This document shows, piece after piece, positions 28,953 through 41,260 of a stretch of DNA of 64,000 nt. This stretch comes from an uncultured candidatus Porisulfidus sp. (GTDB lineage Bacteria; Pseudomonadota; Gammaproteobacteria; Poriferisulfidales; Poriferisulfidaceae): the NCBI GenBank assembly GCA_965199755.1, contig CBDASZ010000001.1:192001-256000 (forward strand), in the 5' to 3' direction. A model generated the notes under the pieces. The model did no database searches. It was given only the letters and a program-made list of their open reading frames with translations, and had not been told where the DNA came from. Made by a program: the position numbers and the translations under genes. Every line of letters starts with the position of its first letter. Positions within the stretch are counted from its first letter, which is position 1.

Positions 28953-29423
28953 ATGAACATCAATCTCACCATCATCGGTCAGGCGATATCGTTCGCGATT
29001 TTCGTCTGGTTCTGCATGCGTTTCGTATGGCCGCCGGTGATCAACGCACTGGAGGCGCGCAAGAAGCGCATTGCGGACGGCTTGGCGGCTGCCGAAGCGG
29101 CCGCGGCCGATCGCGAGCGTGCCGCACAAGAGGCGACGCAGACCACGGGCGAGGCACGCGAGGAGGCCACGCGCATTCTGGCGCAAGCCGAGCGCCGCGC
29201 CGATGAGATTGTCGCCGAAGCCAAACAGGAAGCCGAAGCCGTTGCTGAGCGCACCACGGCGCGTGCGCAAGCCGAGATAGAACAGCAGGAACAGCAGGCG
29301 CGCGAGCGGCTGCGTTCGGAAGTGTCGACGCTGGCCGTCGCAGGCGCTGAAGCGGTGTTGCGTCGTGAAGTGGACGCGGACGCGCATGCGCAGGCGTTAG
29401 AAGAGGTCGCGGGACGACTGTGA
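28953..29423 (+). CDS. atpF: F0 subunit b
   Basis: [32 protein letters not shown]. Confidence 0.96.
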   Translation: MNINLTIIGQAISFAIFVWFCMRFVWPPVINALEARKKRIADGLAAAEAAAADRERAAQEATQTTGEAREEATRILAQAERRADEIVAEAKQEAEAVAERTTARAQAEIEQQEQQARERLRSEVSTLAVAGAEAVLRREVDADAHAQALEEVAGRL

Positions 29424-29950
29424 GCGCCATCACCACAGCCCGGCCTTATGCCCGCGCGGTGTTTGCGCACGCCCGGGAGCATGACGCGCTGGGCGGGTTG
29501 TCGGACATGCTGCGTCTGGCGGCGGATCTGGTGGAAGAGCCGCGGCTGCAGACCTTGCTGAAAGACCCCCGACTGACGCGCGAGCGGCGCGTGGACATGA
29601 TGCTGGCCTTGGGCGCTGAGCGTTTCGATGCCGCCATGCAACAGTTTCTGCGCGTACTTGGTGAGCGCGACCGTCTGCTGGTGCTGCCCCAGATACTGGA
29701 GCAATTCGAGGCATTACGCGCGGATCAGGAACAACGCCTGAGCGCGGAGGTCATCAGCGCAATGGAACTTGACGAGACCCAGCAGGAGCGCATCCGCTCC
29801 GAGTTGGCGGAGCGCACCGGGCGCACCGTCGAGTTGGTCTCGCAACTTGACGAACAACTGCTGGGCGGTGCGGTGATCCGCGCTGGCGACCGGGTGCTGG
29901 ATGCCTCTCTTCAGGGGCGCTTGCAACGGCTCGCGCAAAGCCTGGCCTAA
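29420..29950 (+). CDS. atpH: F1 subunit delta
   Basis: [25 protein letters not shown]. Confidence 0.95.
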   Translation: MSAITTARPYARAVFAHAREHDALGGLSDMLRLAADLVEEPRLQTLLKDPRLTRERRVDMMLALGAERFDAAMQQFLRVLGERDRLLVLPQILEQFEALRADQEQRLSAEVISAMELDETQQERIRSELAERTGRTVELVSQLDEQLLGGAVIRAGDRVLDASLQGRLQRLAQSLA

Positions 29951-29978
29951 ATCAATTGGAATATCGGAGTAAGACCGA

Positions 29979-31523
29979 ATGTCTGCCTTAAACCCGACAG
30001 AAATATCAGAACTGATCAAACAGCGGATTGCCGAATTTGATGTGGCTCCGCAAGCGGCCAGCGAAGGCACCGTGGTGATGGTCACCGACGGCATCCTGCG
30101 CATTCATGGTCTGCAGGACGTCATGTCCGGCGAGATGATCGCCTTGCCGGGCGACAGTTACGCCATCGCGCTGAATCTGGAGCGTGACTCGGTGGGCGCT
30201 GTGGTGCTCGGCGATTATCGCCATATCAGCGAAGGCGACACCGCGCGCTGCACCGGACGCATTCTCGAAGTCCCCGTAGGCCGGGAACTACTCGGGCGGG
30301 TGGTCAACTCGCTGGGTGAGCCGATTGACGGCAAGGGCGCGCTGGACTGTAAGGATCGCTCGCCGATTGAGAAAATCGCCCCCGGTGTGATCGAGCGCCA
30401 GTCGGTCAGCCAGCCGGTACAGACCGGACTGAAGTCCATTGACGCCATGGTGCCGATCGGTCGCGGTCAGCGCGAACTGATCATCGGTGACCGCCAGACC
30501 GGCAAGACCGCGCTGGCGATTGACACCATCATCAATCAGAAGGGCGCGGACCTGACCTGCATTTATGTGGCGATCGGGCAGAAAGCCTCCTCCATCGCTG
30601 GCGTGGTCAGCAAACTTGAAGAGCACGGTGCGCTGGAGCACACCATTGTGGTTGCCGCCTCCGCATCAGAATCCGCCGCGATGCAATACATCGCGCCTTA
30701 CGCCGGTTGCGCCATGGGCGAGTTCTTCCGCGACCGCGGTGAAGACGCACTGATCATCTATGACGATCTGACCAAGCAGGCATGGGCCTATCGCCAGGTC
30801 TCCCTGCTGCTGCGTCGCCCGCCGGGCCGCGAAGCCTATCCGGGTGATGTGTTCTACCTGCACTCGCGACTGTTGGAACGCGCCTCGCGTGTGAACGCGA
30901 AGTACGTCGAGGATCTGACCGACGGTGAGGTGACCGGACGCACCGGCAGTCTGACCGCCTTGCCGGTGATTGAAACTCAGGCCGGTGACGTCTCGGCATT
31001 CGTGCCGACCAATGTGATCTCGATTACGGACGGCCAGATCTTCCTGCAAACGGACTTGTTCAACGCGGGCTTTCGCCCGGCCATCAACGCCGGCCTGTCG
31101 GTCTCGCGCGTCGGTGGTGCCGCGCAGACCCCCCTGATCAAGAAGTTGGGAGGCGGTGTGCGTCTGGCGCTGGCGCAGTACCGCGAACTCGCGGCCTTCT
31201 CGCAGTTCGCCTCTGATCTGGACGAGCAGACGCGCAAGCAGTTGGAGCGTGGTGAGCGGGTCATGGAGTTGATGAAGCAGGCGCAATACCGCCCGATGAA
31301 CATCGCGGACATGGCGCTGTCATTGTTCGCGGTCAACGAAGGCTGGCTTGATGAAGTGGCAGTGGACAAGGTGCGCGCTTTCGAGGCGGCCTTGCACAGT
31401 TACGCAAACGCCGAGCATGCCGAGTTCCTGCAAGAGCTGAACGAATCCGGTGCCTACGACGACGGCATCAAGGAACGTTTCGGGGAAATCCTCAAGACCT
31501 TCACCGAGACGCAGAGCTACTAA
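29979..31523 (+). CDS. atpA: F1 subunit alpha
   Basis: [31 protein letters not shown]. Confidence 0.98.
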   Translation: MSALNPTEISELIKQRIAEFDVAPQAASEGTVVMVTDGILRIHGLQDVMSGEMIALPGDSYAIALNLERDSVGAVVLGDYRHISEGDTARCTGRILEVPVGRELLGRVVNSLGEPIDGKGALDCKDRSPIEKIAPGVIERQSVSQPVQTGLKSIDAMVPIGRGQRELIIGDRQTGKTALAIDTIINQKGADLTCIYVAIGQKASSIAGVVSKLEEHGALEHTIVVAASASESAAMQYIAPYAGCAMGEFFRDRGEDALIIYDDLTKQAWAYRQVSLLLRRPPGREAYPGDVFYLHSRLLERASRVNAKYVEDLTDGEVTGRTGSLTALPVIETQAGDVSAFVPTNVISITDGQIFLQTDLFNAGFRPAINAGLSVSRVGGAAQTPLIKKLGGGVRLALAQYRELAAFSQFASDLDEQTRKQLERGERVMELMKQAQYRPMNIADMALSLFAVNEGWLDEVAVDKVRAFEAALHSYANAEHAEFLQELNESGAYDDGIKERFGEILKTFTETQSY

Positions 31524-31549
31524 GCGAACGGGATCGAACGGGCAGCATC

Positions 31550-32416
31550 ATGGCGGGCGAGAAAGAAATTCGCGGCAAGATCGAGAGTATTCGCAATACT
31601 CAGAAGATCACCAAGGCGATGGAGATGGTGGCCGCCAGCAAGATGCGCCGCGCCCAGGATCGCATGGCAGCGACGCGCCCTTACGCTGAACGAATCCGTC
31701 AGGTGATCGGCAATCTGGCGCATGCGCGATCAGAGTATCGCCATCCGTTTCTGGAGGCGCGCGAGGAAGTGCGCAGTGTCGGCTACATTGTCATGTCGAC
31801 TGACCGTGGCCTGTGCGGTGGCCTCAACGTCAATCTGTTCAAAGCGGTGGTGCGTGAGATTCATGAATGGCGCGAGAAGGACGTGTCGGTGCGTCTGTGC
31901 ATCCTCGGTGCCAAGGGCATGGCCTACTTCAAGCGATTGCGTGATGTGGAGATCGTGGCGCAAGCGGCGCATCTCGGCGACGCGCCGAAACTCGAAGAGA
32001 TCATCGGCCAGGTCAAGATCATGCTGGACGACTTCACCAATGGTGAGACCGATCGCGTGTATGTGGCGGAGAACAGTTTCGTCAACACCATGTCGCAGTC
32101 GCCGCGCATCCAGCCGCTGTTGCCGACTCCGCCGAACGAAGTTGAGGACATGGATTACTACTGGGACTATCTGTATGAGCCGGATGCCCGCGACGTGCTC
32201 GACAGCCTGCTGACGCGCTACATTGAATCGCAGGTGTATCAGGGCGTGGTGGAGAACGTGGCCTGCGAGATGGCGGCACGCATGGTGGCCATGAAGAGCG
32301 CGTCGGACAACGCCGGAGATCTGATTGACGAGTTGCAGTTGATCTACAACAAGGCGCGGCAGGCGGCCATCACCCAGGAAATTTCAGAAATCGTCGGCGG
32401 CGCAGCCGCTGTCTAA
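31550..32416 (+). CDS. atpG: F1 subunit gamma
   Basis: [34 protein letters not shown]. Confidence 0.98.
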   Translation: MAGEKEIRGKIESIRNTQKITKAMEMVAASKMRRAQDRMAATRPYAERIRQVIGNLAHARSEYRHPFLEAREEVRSVGYIVMSTDRGLCGGLNVNLFKAVVREIHEWREKDVSVRLCILGAKGMAYFKRLRDVEIVAQAAHLGDAPKLEEIIGQVKIMLDDFTNGETDRVYVAENSFVNTMSQSPRIQPLLPTPPNEVEDMDYYWDYLYEPDARDVLDSLLTRYIESQVYQGVVENVACEMAARMVAMKSASDNAGDLIDELQLIYNKARQAAITQEISEIVGGAAAV

Positions 32417-34260
<1,844 letters not shown>

Positions 34261-34304
34261 CGCACGGCTACAATATTTCGCGCCTTTATTCTGAGCGCGC
34301 CCCC

Positions 34305-35681
34305 ATGACGATAGAAGCCATTATCCTCGCTGGAGGCAGCGGCAAGCGCATGCGGTTGCCGGTGCGCAAGCCCATGCTGGATTTGTTCGGCAAGCCCTTG
34401 CTGCAGCATGTGCTGGAAACCGCGGCCGGGGAGTCGGATCGTCGCCACGTTGTGCATGCGCCGGGTATGGAGGCGGATCTTGAGGCGCTGGCGCAAGCAT
34501 CAGGACAGGAATTCACATGCCACGTACAGCCTGAACCGCGCGGTACCGCGGATGCGTTCGCGTGCGCTTTGGGCGCGTTGGTGGATGACGCCGTCGCCGT
34601 CGCTTTGTGCGCGGATATGCCGATGCTGTCGGCGAAGACGCTGGCTACCTTGCTCGAAGCCACGCCTCAGAGCGGTCTGGTGGTTCTGACGATGAAGAGT
34701 CTGTTGCCAAGCGATACGTGTGGCCGGCTTATTCGGGATGAGGACGATCAGGTGATCGCCATTCGCGAGCACGCGGACGCGAGCGACGAAGAGAAGATGA
34801 TCATGGAGTCCAATACCGGGGTGCTGGCGGCGCGCGTGGCGGACTGGAAGCGCTGGGTTGCCAAATTGGATACGGACAACGCGCAAGGCGAGTTGTATTT
34901 GTCGGATTGCGTGGCGCAAGCCGTGGCTGAAGGTGCGCCGGTTGCCACCTGTGAAAGCATTTTGAGCGAGGCCAGAGGGATTAATACTGCAAATGATTAC
35001 GCGGATATCGCAAGCAGTTGGCAGCATCGCGCACGCAGGCGTTTGAGAGATCAGGGCGTGTTCATGGATGATTCGGGTTCGGTGCAACTGTCGGCGTACA
35101 CAGAAGTGGAGGAGGGCGCGGCGGTCTGGATCGGTCCAAATGTGATTTTCGAGGGCAAGGTTCGACTGGGCGAAGGCGTGCGAATCGGTGCGTGCACGGT
35201 GCTGCGGGATTGTGACATTGGCGCGGATGTCCGCATTGAACCCTTCAGCGTGATTGAGCGGGCGATTGTTGGGCGGCGCTGCCGGATCGGTCCGTTTGCG
35301 CGCATCCGACCAGAGACCGTGCTGGCCGAAGAAGTTCGGATTGGCAATTTCGTGGAAGTGAAGAAGTCTGAGATAGGTGCAGGCTCCAAAGTCAATCATC
35401 TGTCTTATGTGGGAGATACCCAAGTCGGACGTGATGTCAACATCGGCGCTGGCACCATCACCTGCAATTACGATGGCGCGGCCAAGCACCAGACCGTCAT
35501 CGGCGATGATGTGTTCATTGGTTCGGGTACGCAACTGGTCGCACCGGTCACGGTAGAGGATGGCGCGACCATCGGGGCGGGTTCCACCATCACCAAGGAC
35601 GCCCCCGCGGATGCGCTGACCTTGACGCGGGCCGAGCAGAAGACGGTGGATGGCTGGCGACGCCTAAAGAAGGAGTCCTGA
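34305..35681 (+). CDS. glmU: Bifunctional UDP-GlcNAc pyrophosphorylase/glucosamine-1-P acetyltransferase
   Basis: ILAGGSGKRM, NAQGELYL.D, hexapeptide repeats, GNFVEVK, HLSYVGD, CNYDG. Confidence 0.93.
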   Translation: MTIEAIILAGGSGKRMRLPVRKPMLDLFGKPLLQHVLETAAGESDRRHVVHAPGMEADLEALAQASGQEFTCHVQPEPRGTADAFACALGALVDDAVAVALCADMPMLSAKTLATLLEATPQSGLVVLTMKSLLPSDTCGRLIRDEDDQVIAIREHADASDEEKMIMESNTGVLAARVADWKRWVAKLDTDNAQGELYLSDCVAQAVAEGAPVATCESILSEARGINTANDYADIASSWQHRARRRLRDQGVFMDDSGSVQLSAYTEVEEGAAVWIGPNVIFEGKVRLGEGVRIGACTVLRDCDIGADVRIEPFSVIERAIVGRRCRIGPFARIRPETVLAEEVRIGNFVEVKKSEIGAGSKVNHLSYVGDTQVGRDVNIGAGTITCNYDGAAKHQTVIGDDVFIGSGTQLVAPVTVEDGATIGAGSTITKDAPADALTLTRAEQKTVDGWRRLKKES

Positions 35682-37516
35682 TGTGCGGCATTGTCGGCGC
35701 GGTCGCTCGCCAGAATATCGTCCCAATCCTGCTTGAGGGCTTGCAGCGGCTGGAATATCGCGGATATGACTCGGCCGGTGTGGCCGTCATTCAAAGCGAC
35801 CAGTTAAACCGCCTGCGCTGCAACGGCAAGGTCGAGGAATTGTCGCGTCAGACTGACTCAGCCAAACTCGAAGGGGAAATCGGAATCGCGCATACTCGCT
35901 GGGCGACGCATGGCCCGGCGGAAGTACGCAACGCGCACCCGCATGTGGCGGGCGAAGACGGCCGCGTCGCGGTAGTACACAACGGCATTATTGAAAACCA
36001 TAAAGAACTGCGCGAACAGCAACAGGCGCAGGGTGTGCAGCACGACTCGGACACCGACTCCGAAATCATGGCCTGCCAGATCGCGGCGCACTTGAATGGC
36101 AAGGCAGACTTGTTCGATGCCGTGTCACAGGCGGTCGGGGAACTAGAAGGGAGTTTCGCGCTGGTGGCGGCGGACAAACAGGACCCAAGCCGATTGGTCG
36201 GTGCGCGGCGCAATAGTCCTCTGGCGATCGGTCGCGGCGCGAAGGGCTGCTACCTGGCTTCTGACCCGCAGGCGCTGGTGTCCGTGGCTACCCATTACTG
36301 CCGACTGGAAAACGATGACATTGTGTCTGTCGCTGAGTCAGAGGTTGTGATCTGGAACAACGGGGCCGTGGTTGAGCGGGAATGGCAGGAGTTGCCGCCA
36401 GAGGATGCGGTGCTGGAACTGGGCGATTACGACCATCACATGCAGCGGGAGATTTTTGAGCAGCCAGATTGTGTGGCGCAGACGCTCGAAGGCCGCATTG
36501 AAACCGGGCGCGTGGACGACGGGATTCTGGGCCCGGACGCGGAGAAGATTTTGGACGCCACGAAGAGCGTGCAGATTGCCGCTTGCGGCACCAGTTATCA
36601 CGCGGCGTTGGTGGCGCGGCATTGGCTGGAGCGCTATGGAGGGGTGCCTTGCCAGGTCGAGATCGCCAGTGAGTTTCGTTATCGCCAGCATGTACGGCGT
36701 CCCGACACCTTGTTCGTGGCAATCTCGCAATCAGGAGAGACGGCGGACACGCTGGCTGCGCTGGAAATGTCTAACGAAGATCCGGCCTATCACGCCAGTC
36801 TCGCGGTGTGCAATGTGGCGCACAGCACGATGGTGCGCGCAGCCGATCTGACATTACTGACGCACGCCGGCCCGGAAATCGGGGTGGCGTCCACCAAGGC
36901 ATTTGTCACCCAGTTGGCGGCCTTGATGTTGCTGGTGTTGTTGCTGGGACGGCGGCATTCACTGACTCGTGAAGTGGAAGATGACCTGGTCGCCCAGTTG
37001 GCAAACCTGCCGACAAGAATGAGCCGCGTACTGGAACTGGATGCCGGAATTGCCGCCTTGTCGAAACAGTTCGCAGACAAGCAACATGCGCTGTTTCTGG
37101 GACGTGGGTCACACTATCCGATCGCCATGGAAGGGGCGCTGAAACTGAAAGAGATTTCCTACATTCATGCGGAGGCTTATGCTTCCGGTGAACTCAAGCA
37201 TGGACCTTTGGCGTTGGTGGATGCGGAGATGCCGGTGGTGGCGGTCGCGCCGAACAACCGCCTGCTACAGAAACTCAAAAGCAATCTGGAGGAAGTTCGG
37301 GCGCGCGGCGGGAAGCTTTATGTGTTCGCGGATCGGACTGCGGGATTTGAGAGCGACGAGTTGATGGAGGTGTTTGAACTGGACGCGCCGGAGAATGCTG
37401 TGGCACCGATTCTGTTCACCATTCCGTTGCAGTTGCTGGCGTACCACTGCGCGAAGATTAAGGGAACCGATATTGATCAGCCGCGCAATTTGGCGAAGTC
37501 TGTAACAGTGGAGTAA
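35681..37516 (+). CDS. glmS: Glutamine--fructose-6-phosphate aminotransferase
   Basis: MCGIVG, LEYRGYDSAG, HTRWATHG, SQSGETAD, PRNLAKSVTVE. Confidence 0.98.
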   Translation: MCGIVGAVARQNIVPILLEGLQRLEYRGYDSAGVAVIQSDQLNRLRCNGKVEELSRQTDSAKLEGEIGIAHTRWATHGPAEVRNAHPHVAGEDGRVAVVHNGIIENHKELREQQQAQGVQHDSDTDSEIMACQIAAHLNGKADLFDAVSQAVGELEGSFALVAADKQDPSRLVGARRNSPLAIGRGAKGCYLASDPQALVSVATHYCRLENDDIVSVAESEVVIWNNGAVVEREWQELPPEDAVLELGDYDHHMQREIFEQPDCVAQTLEGRIETGRVDDGILGPDAEKILDATKSVQIAACGTSYHAALVARHWLERYGGVPCQVEIASEFRYRQHVRRPDTLFVAISQSGETADTLAALEMSNEDPAYHASLAVCNVAHSTMVRAADLTLLTHAGPEIGVASTKAFVTQLAALMLLVLLLGRRHSLTREVEDDLVAQLANLPTRMSRVLELDAGIAALSKQFADKQHALFLGRGSHYPIAMEGALKLKEISYIHAEAYASGELKHGPLALVDAEMPVVAVAPNNRLLQKLKSNLEEVRARGGKLYVFADRTAGFESDELMEVFELDAPENAVAPILFTIPLQLLAYHCAKIKGTDIDQPRNLAKSVTVE

Positions 37517-37576
37517 AGAGTCTTTTCTCATTCTGCATGAGACAAGACTGCGGACATGTCAGATTACTACAAGAAT

Positions 37577-38227
37577 TTAGTCGGAGTCATCCTCCAAACG
37601 TAATCGCATTTCTGTGAGTATTTCGCCCTGAAACAGCCAAAAATCAGAACCACGTACACCTGTCCAATCTTTTCCCCAAGACTCTTTCCCAACGTTTTCG
37701 CTCAAAATTTTCTTAGTGATTTGTGTAAGGAAATAGTCAGTGCCCTCGTAGCGGACTTTTCTGTCTTCCACAACGGTGGCAATCAGTGTCTCGTCATGCA
37801 GGAAAGTTAGTTCAGCCCCGACCGGGATATCAAGCATAGAGAAGGTGGTGATAGGCTTCCTTTTTACTTTCCGATGTAGCGAATCTTTCTCTTCCTGACT
37901 TTCAGCGATATCCTCTTGGGGGATCGCATATCTTATTGCCCACCCTTCGAGAAGGGTTTTGACTCTTTCGGGACTGATTCGGAAAAACTCCCGTTTAGGA
38001 TTGATCCTATGGTCCCCCAGTCCAAAATGGAGCCGCCTTTCAACGTCTGATCCGCTCTCAACTTCGCCGCAGTAGTAACAGTGAAATGGAACAGGGACAC
38101 CGGCATGCGAAGAAAGTGATTGTAATCGCTGCTCGATGTCTTCAGTCCGCCCGATTTTCACGAGGTCAGGGATTGTAGGGTTTGTCAATATGCATACGAA
38201 GTGAGGCATGTTTATCAGATGATTCAT
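37577..38227 (-). CDS. T5orf172/GIY-YIG nuclease-domain protein with an extra C-terminal domain
   Basis: ILTNP.IPDLVKIGRT..IEQRL, GVP.PF.C, ERRLH, RINPKREFF; C-terminal DIPVGAELTF..RGSDFW. Confidence 0.78.
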   Translation of the reverse strand: MNHLINMPHFVCILTNPTIPDLVKIGRTEDIEQRLQSLSSHAGVPVPFHCYYCGEVESGSDVERRLHFGLGDHRINPKREFFRISPERVKTLLEGWAIRYAIPQEDIAESQEEKDSLHRKVKRKPITTFSMLDIPVGAELTFLHDETLIATVVEDRKVRYEGTDYFLTQITKKILSENVGKESWGKDWTGVRGSDFWLFQGEILTEMRLRLEDDSD

Positions 38228-38258
38228 TAGTCAATGATCATCCCAAGGGGGGCAGATG

Positions 38259-39212
38259 TCAAGTTGCTTTTTGAAATTCCTCGTAGCGCATTTCTAGGCG
38301 ATCTTGGTCGGGATAGTCTTTCTTCCGCTTAGGCAGATGTAGTCGCAGGCCGGAAAGTTCCTTCAGGGTCTCCATCACGGGGCCATCTTTAATCTCCAGC
38401 AGTTTTTCAGACACTTTCAATTCATAATCCGGTGTGATCCCCAAGAAATTCTGATCAAAAGCAGCGTGGTGAAGTTTTGACAGCGCAAGTCCGTTCTGAA
38501 CAACAGGCTGACCAAAATCCGGGTCACGGTCGGGGATAATGTGAGCAGCATCCAGCAAATTCGGCATGGGCAACCCGGAAATAGCGCATCGTCCACTATA
38601 TGCTGACACTACGACAGCGCGGAATTTTGCTTGGTGTAAGCGCTGCTCCACTGGGCGAAGAACATATTCACGATGTTGCTTGGGACTCAGTTCGCTTCCC
38701 GGGCCTATCTCAATTGGATTTGTAATACTGTCGCATAGCAAGCCTTGACAGTTGACACGAGCTTTCTGCGCCATGTCATCACAATGAGCGATGCGGGCAA
38801 GAAGGGGCATATATAGTTGAGGCGCGATCCCGCGGAAATAAACAACAAAGATATTGTGTTTATGGGCGTTGTGCAGGTGCTGGTTTTGAGCCTTTTTAAT
38901 GCCTCCGCGCATATAGTCGTATGAGATCAGTCCATTGGGATCAAAAACTTCCTCCCGGCCCATTCTCTGATCGTCGTACCAAATCCTGCTTCCGGGCTTC
39001 TTGATCGAAGTGGTGATTGATAGCAGGAATTCCATGCCTTGCGGCCTATAAATACCTTGCTGTGGGTTTATTAGAGCGATGCGTTTCCCCTCAAACTGGA
39101 ATTTCTGTAGGATCTGTTTACGGGTGACACATCCGTCTGGAGTACGTGGCAGTTCACACACGTGTCGGAAAGCCGCTTTGCGGATTCTTTGGCTGAGGGG
39201 GTTCTCGGACAC
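38259..39212 (-). CDS. HNH endonuclease, putative modification-dependent restriction enzyme
   Basis: C-terminal RLHQAKFR..V..AY..RCAISGL..LLDAAHII..NGLALSKLHHAAFD (HNH_2); N-terminal domain QQGIYRP..LSITT..YDD..Y.Y..N..L..VYF.GI. Confidence 0.82.
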   Translation of the reverse strand: MSENPLSQRIRKAAFRHVCELPRTPDGCVTRKQILQKFQFEGKRIALINPQQGIYRPQGMEFLLSITTSIKKPGSRIWYDDQRMGREEVFDPNGLISYDYMRGGIKKAQNQHLHNAHKHNIFVVYFRGIAPQLYMPLLARIAHCDDMAQKARVNCQGLLCDSITNPIEIGPGSELSPKQHREYVLRPVEQRLHQAKFRAVVVSAYSGRCAISGLPMPNLLDAAHIIPDRDPDFGQPVVQNGLALSKLHHAAFDQNFLGITPDYELKVSEKLLEIKDGPVMETLKELSGLRLHLPKRKKDYPDQDRLEMRYEEFQKAT

Positions 39213-39292
39213 AGTTGCTTTGGTTTGGATAAGTGCTGCCGTTTTATCCTACCAGGTTGCGTCGCTCCCATGACTTTCCATGCTTCATTTCC

Positions 39293-40360
39293 TTATTCAC
39301 CCAATACCGCAGCCAGTGACTTGGCTGATGACGCAGGTGACCATAGCGGACTCTTTTGAGAGGGTTCCCATAGTGCCCATATAGGGACAGCATACAAACG
39401 CTCGTCAAACTGTTCGACAAACCGTCCGTCATATAGAGCACGACACCGGCCACGAAATCTTTTCCGGCCATCTTTTGAAGTTTGCGCAACCCGCGGAAGT
39501 CTTTTGGCGTGACTGTTTCTGATGCCTTGACCTCTACACCGGCAACTTCTGAATAACTACGTTGGATCACAAAATCCACCTTTGGGCCGTCATAGTGCAA
39601 GAAGTGAGAGAAGGAGTGTTCAGTGCTGCCGCACTTGTCGATTCCCAAAAGTTCGTGGAACACGAAGGTTTTCAGAAAGCGACCGAATATTTCTCTATCC
39701 CGATATAGCGTTGGCGCACTTAACTTCAACAGGGTGCACGCGAGACCTGTGTCGCAAAAGTGAAGCTCGAACTTTTTGGAAAGGCGGCCATGTCGTGTGT
39801 CCGAATCAGACAATCCTGTCTTGATATTGCGCCAAGCTGATAATGAAGCCAGGTGAAATGTGTGAATCAGGAGCCCCAAATAATGGTCTATCGTGCCGCG
39901 GTTCAAATTAAACTCTGATGCCAGACTGGCAATCTTAGGAGGCTGCGCTGTACGAGCTGCCATCATTTTTAGAAGTTGCGGCATGACGTTTAAGGCGTGG
40001 ATGCTTGACAGTTCGCGCAACTCCCTCCGCACGACGGCTTCAACATAACCTTCAGCCCATTCCGTACGTTCCCGTTCAGAGGAAGCAGTGATCATTTCCG
40101 GGTACCCCCCCGGTGACAATCCTGTCGGCGAGGCTTTCTCCCATCCGTTCGCCTGTAGCGAAATCGAATTCTCCATTGAACAATGTATCAAGGAAGCCGG
40201 GGTGCCGCACCTTCAATTCGCCCTGAATCAGAGTCCCCATTGGGTGCATGGTCACCCGCCCGACAAAAGGCAGTTTTGGTGTAATCAGGATGTTGGCGGA
40301 CCCAACAAAAATGAAACGCCCGGGAATACGATTTGCATCCACCATGCTTTTGATGGCGCA
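39293..40360 (-). pseudogene. AAA_14 ATPase / DUF4143 gene, 5'-truncated and frameshifted
   Basis: AIK.MVD..R.PGRFIFVGSAN, TGG|YPE (extra G in run 40105-40111), FCDTGL, VDFV..GVEVKAS, GVVLY|DG..LYAVPI.ALW (second shift); Walker A/B region absent. Confidence 0.78.
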
Positions 40361-40389
40361 TTGACAAGATGCGCTGACACCTACACAAT
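40361..40389 (+). promoter_or_regulatory. Putative sigma-70 promoter for cbbQ
   Basis: TTGACA-17 nt-CACAAT, 27 bp upstream of the ATG. Confidence 0.55.
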
Positions 40390-40416
40390 GGGCGCACTGC
40401 CATTGCAGGTTTTCAC

Positions 40417-41232
40417 ATGAGTGAGGCGCGTACCCTGAAGCCGGAAGAGTACCGGGTCGAGACTGAACCGTATTACGAGCCGGTCGGTTCTGAGATCGAC
40501 GTGTTCGAGTCCGCGTGGCGCAACCAGTTGCCGGTCCTGCTCAAAGGCCCGACCGGCTGCGGCAAGACCCGCTTCATGGAATACATGGCGTGGAAGTTGA
40601 AACGCCCGCTCATCACGGTGTCATGCCATGATGATTTAACCTCTTCAGACTTGGTCGGGCGCTATCTGATTGCGGGTGGTGAGACGGTCTGGGTGGATGG
40701 ACCGCTGGCGCGTGCTGTGCGCTCTGGCAGCATTTGCTATCTGGATGAAGTGGTCGAGGCGCGCAAGGACACCACGGTGGTCATACATCCCTTGTGTGAT
40801 GACCGGCGCGTACTGCCGATGGAGAAACACGGCGAATTGCTGGAGGCCCCCGATGAGTTCTGCATGGCGATTTCCTACAATCCGGGCTATCAGAGCGTCC
40901 TGAAGGATCTCAAGCAAAGCACCCGTCAGCGTTTTGTGGCGCTGGAATTTGATTATCCGCAAGCGGACACGGAGCGCAAGATCGTGGTGCAGGAGACGGA
41001 CGTGGATGAGGAGGTTGCCCGATTGCTGGTGAAGTTCGCGGAAATGACCCGCAACCTGAAAGGCAACGGACTTGATGAAGGGGCTAGCACGCGCTTGCTG
41101 GTGCATGCCGGCAAGTTGATTCAGTCTGGCGTGGATCCGGTGGTGGCCTGTTCCAGCGCGGTATCGCAGGCGTTGACGGATGACCCGGAGATGCTGCAGG
41201 CGGTCAACGAATTGAGTTCCTCGGTGTTTTGA
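40417..41232 (+). CDS. cbbQ: CbbQ/NirQ/NorQ-family MoxR AAA+ ATPase
   Basis: [63 protein letters not shown]. Confidence 0.88.
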   Translation: MSEARTLKPEEYRVETEPYYEPVGSEIDVFESAWRNQLPVLLKGPTGCGKTRFMEYMAWKLKRPLITVSCHDDLTSSDLVGRYLIAGGETVWVDGPLARAVRSGSICYLDEVVEARKDTTVVIHPLCDDRRVLPMEKHGELLEAPDEFCMAISYNPGYQSVLKDLKQSTRQRFVALEFDYPQADTERKIVVQETDVDEEVARLLVKFAEMTRNLKGNGLDEGASTRLLVHAGKLIQSGVDPVVACSSAVSQALTDDPEMLQAVNELSSSVF

Positions 41233-41260
41233 GTCCGCGGGTAAGTATTGACAGACGTAA

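Noticed and set aside
37517-40380. Tn7 ends (TGTCAG at 37557, CTGACA near 40374) around the glmS islet
   Set aside because: Only a 6-bp inverted match, no 5-bp TSD, no repeated TnsB sites, wrong offset from glmS and no tns genes
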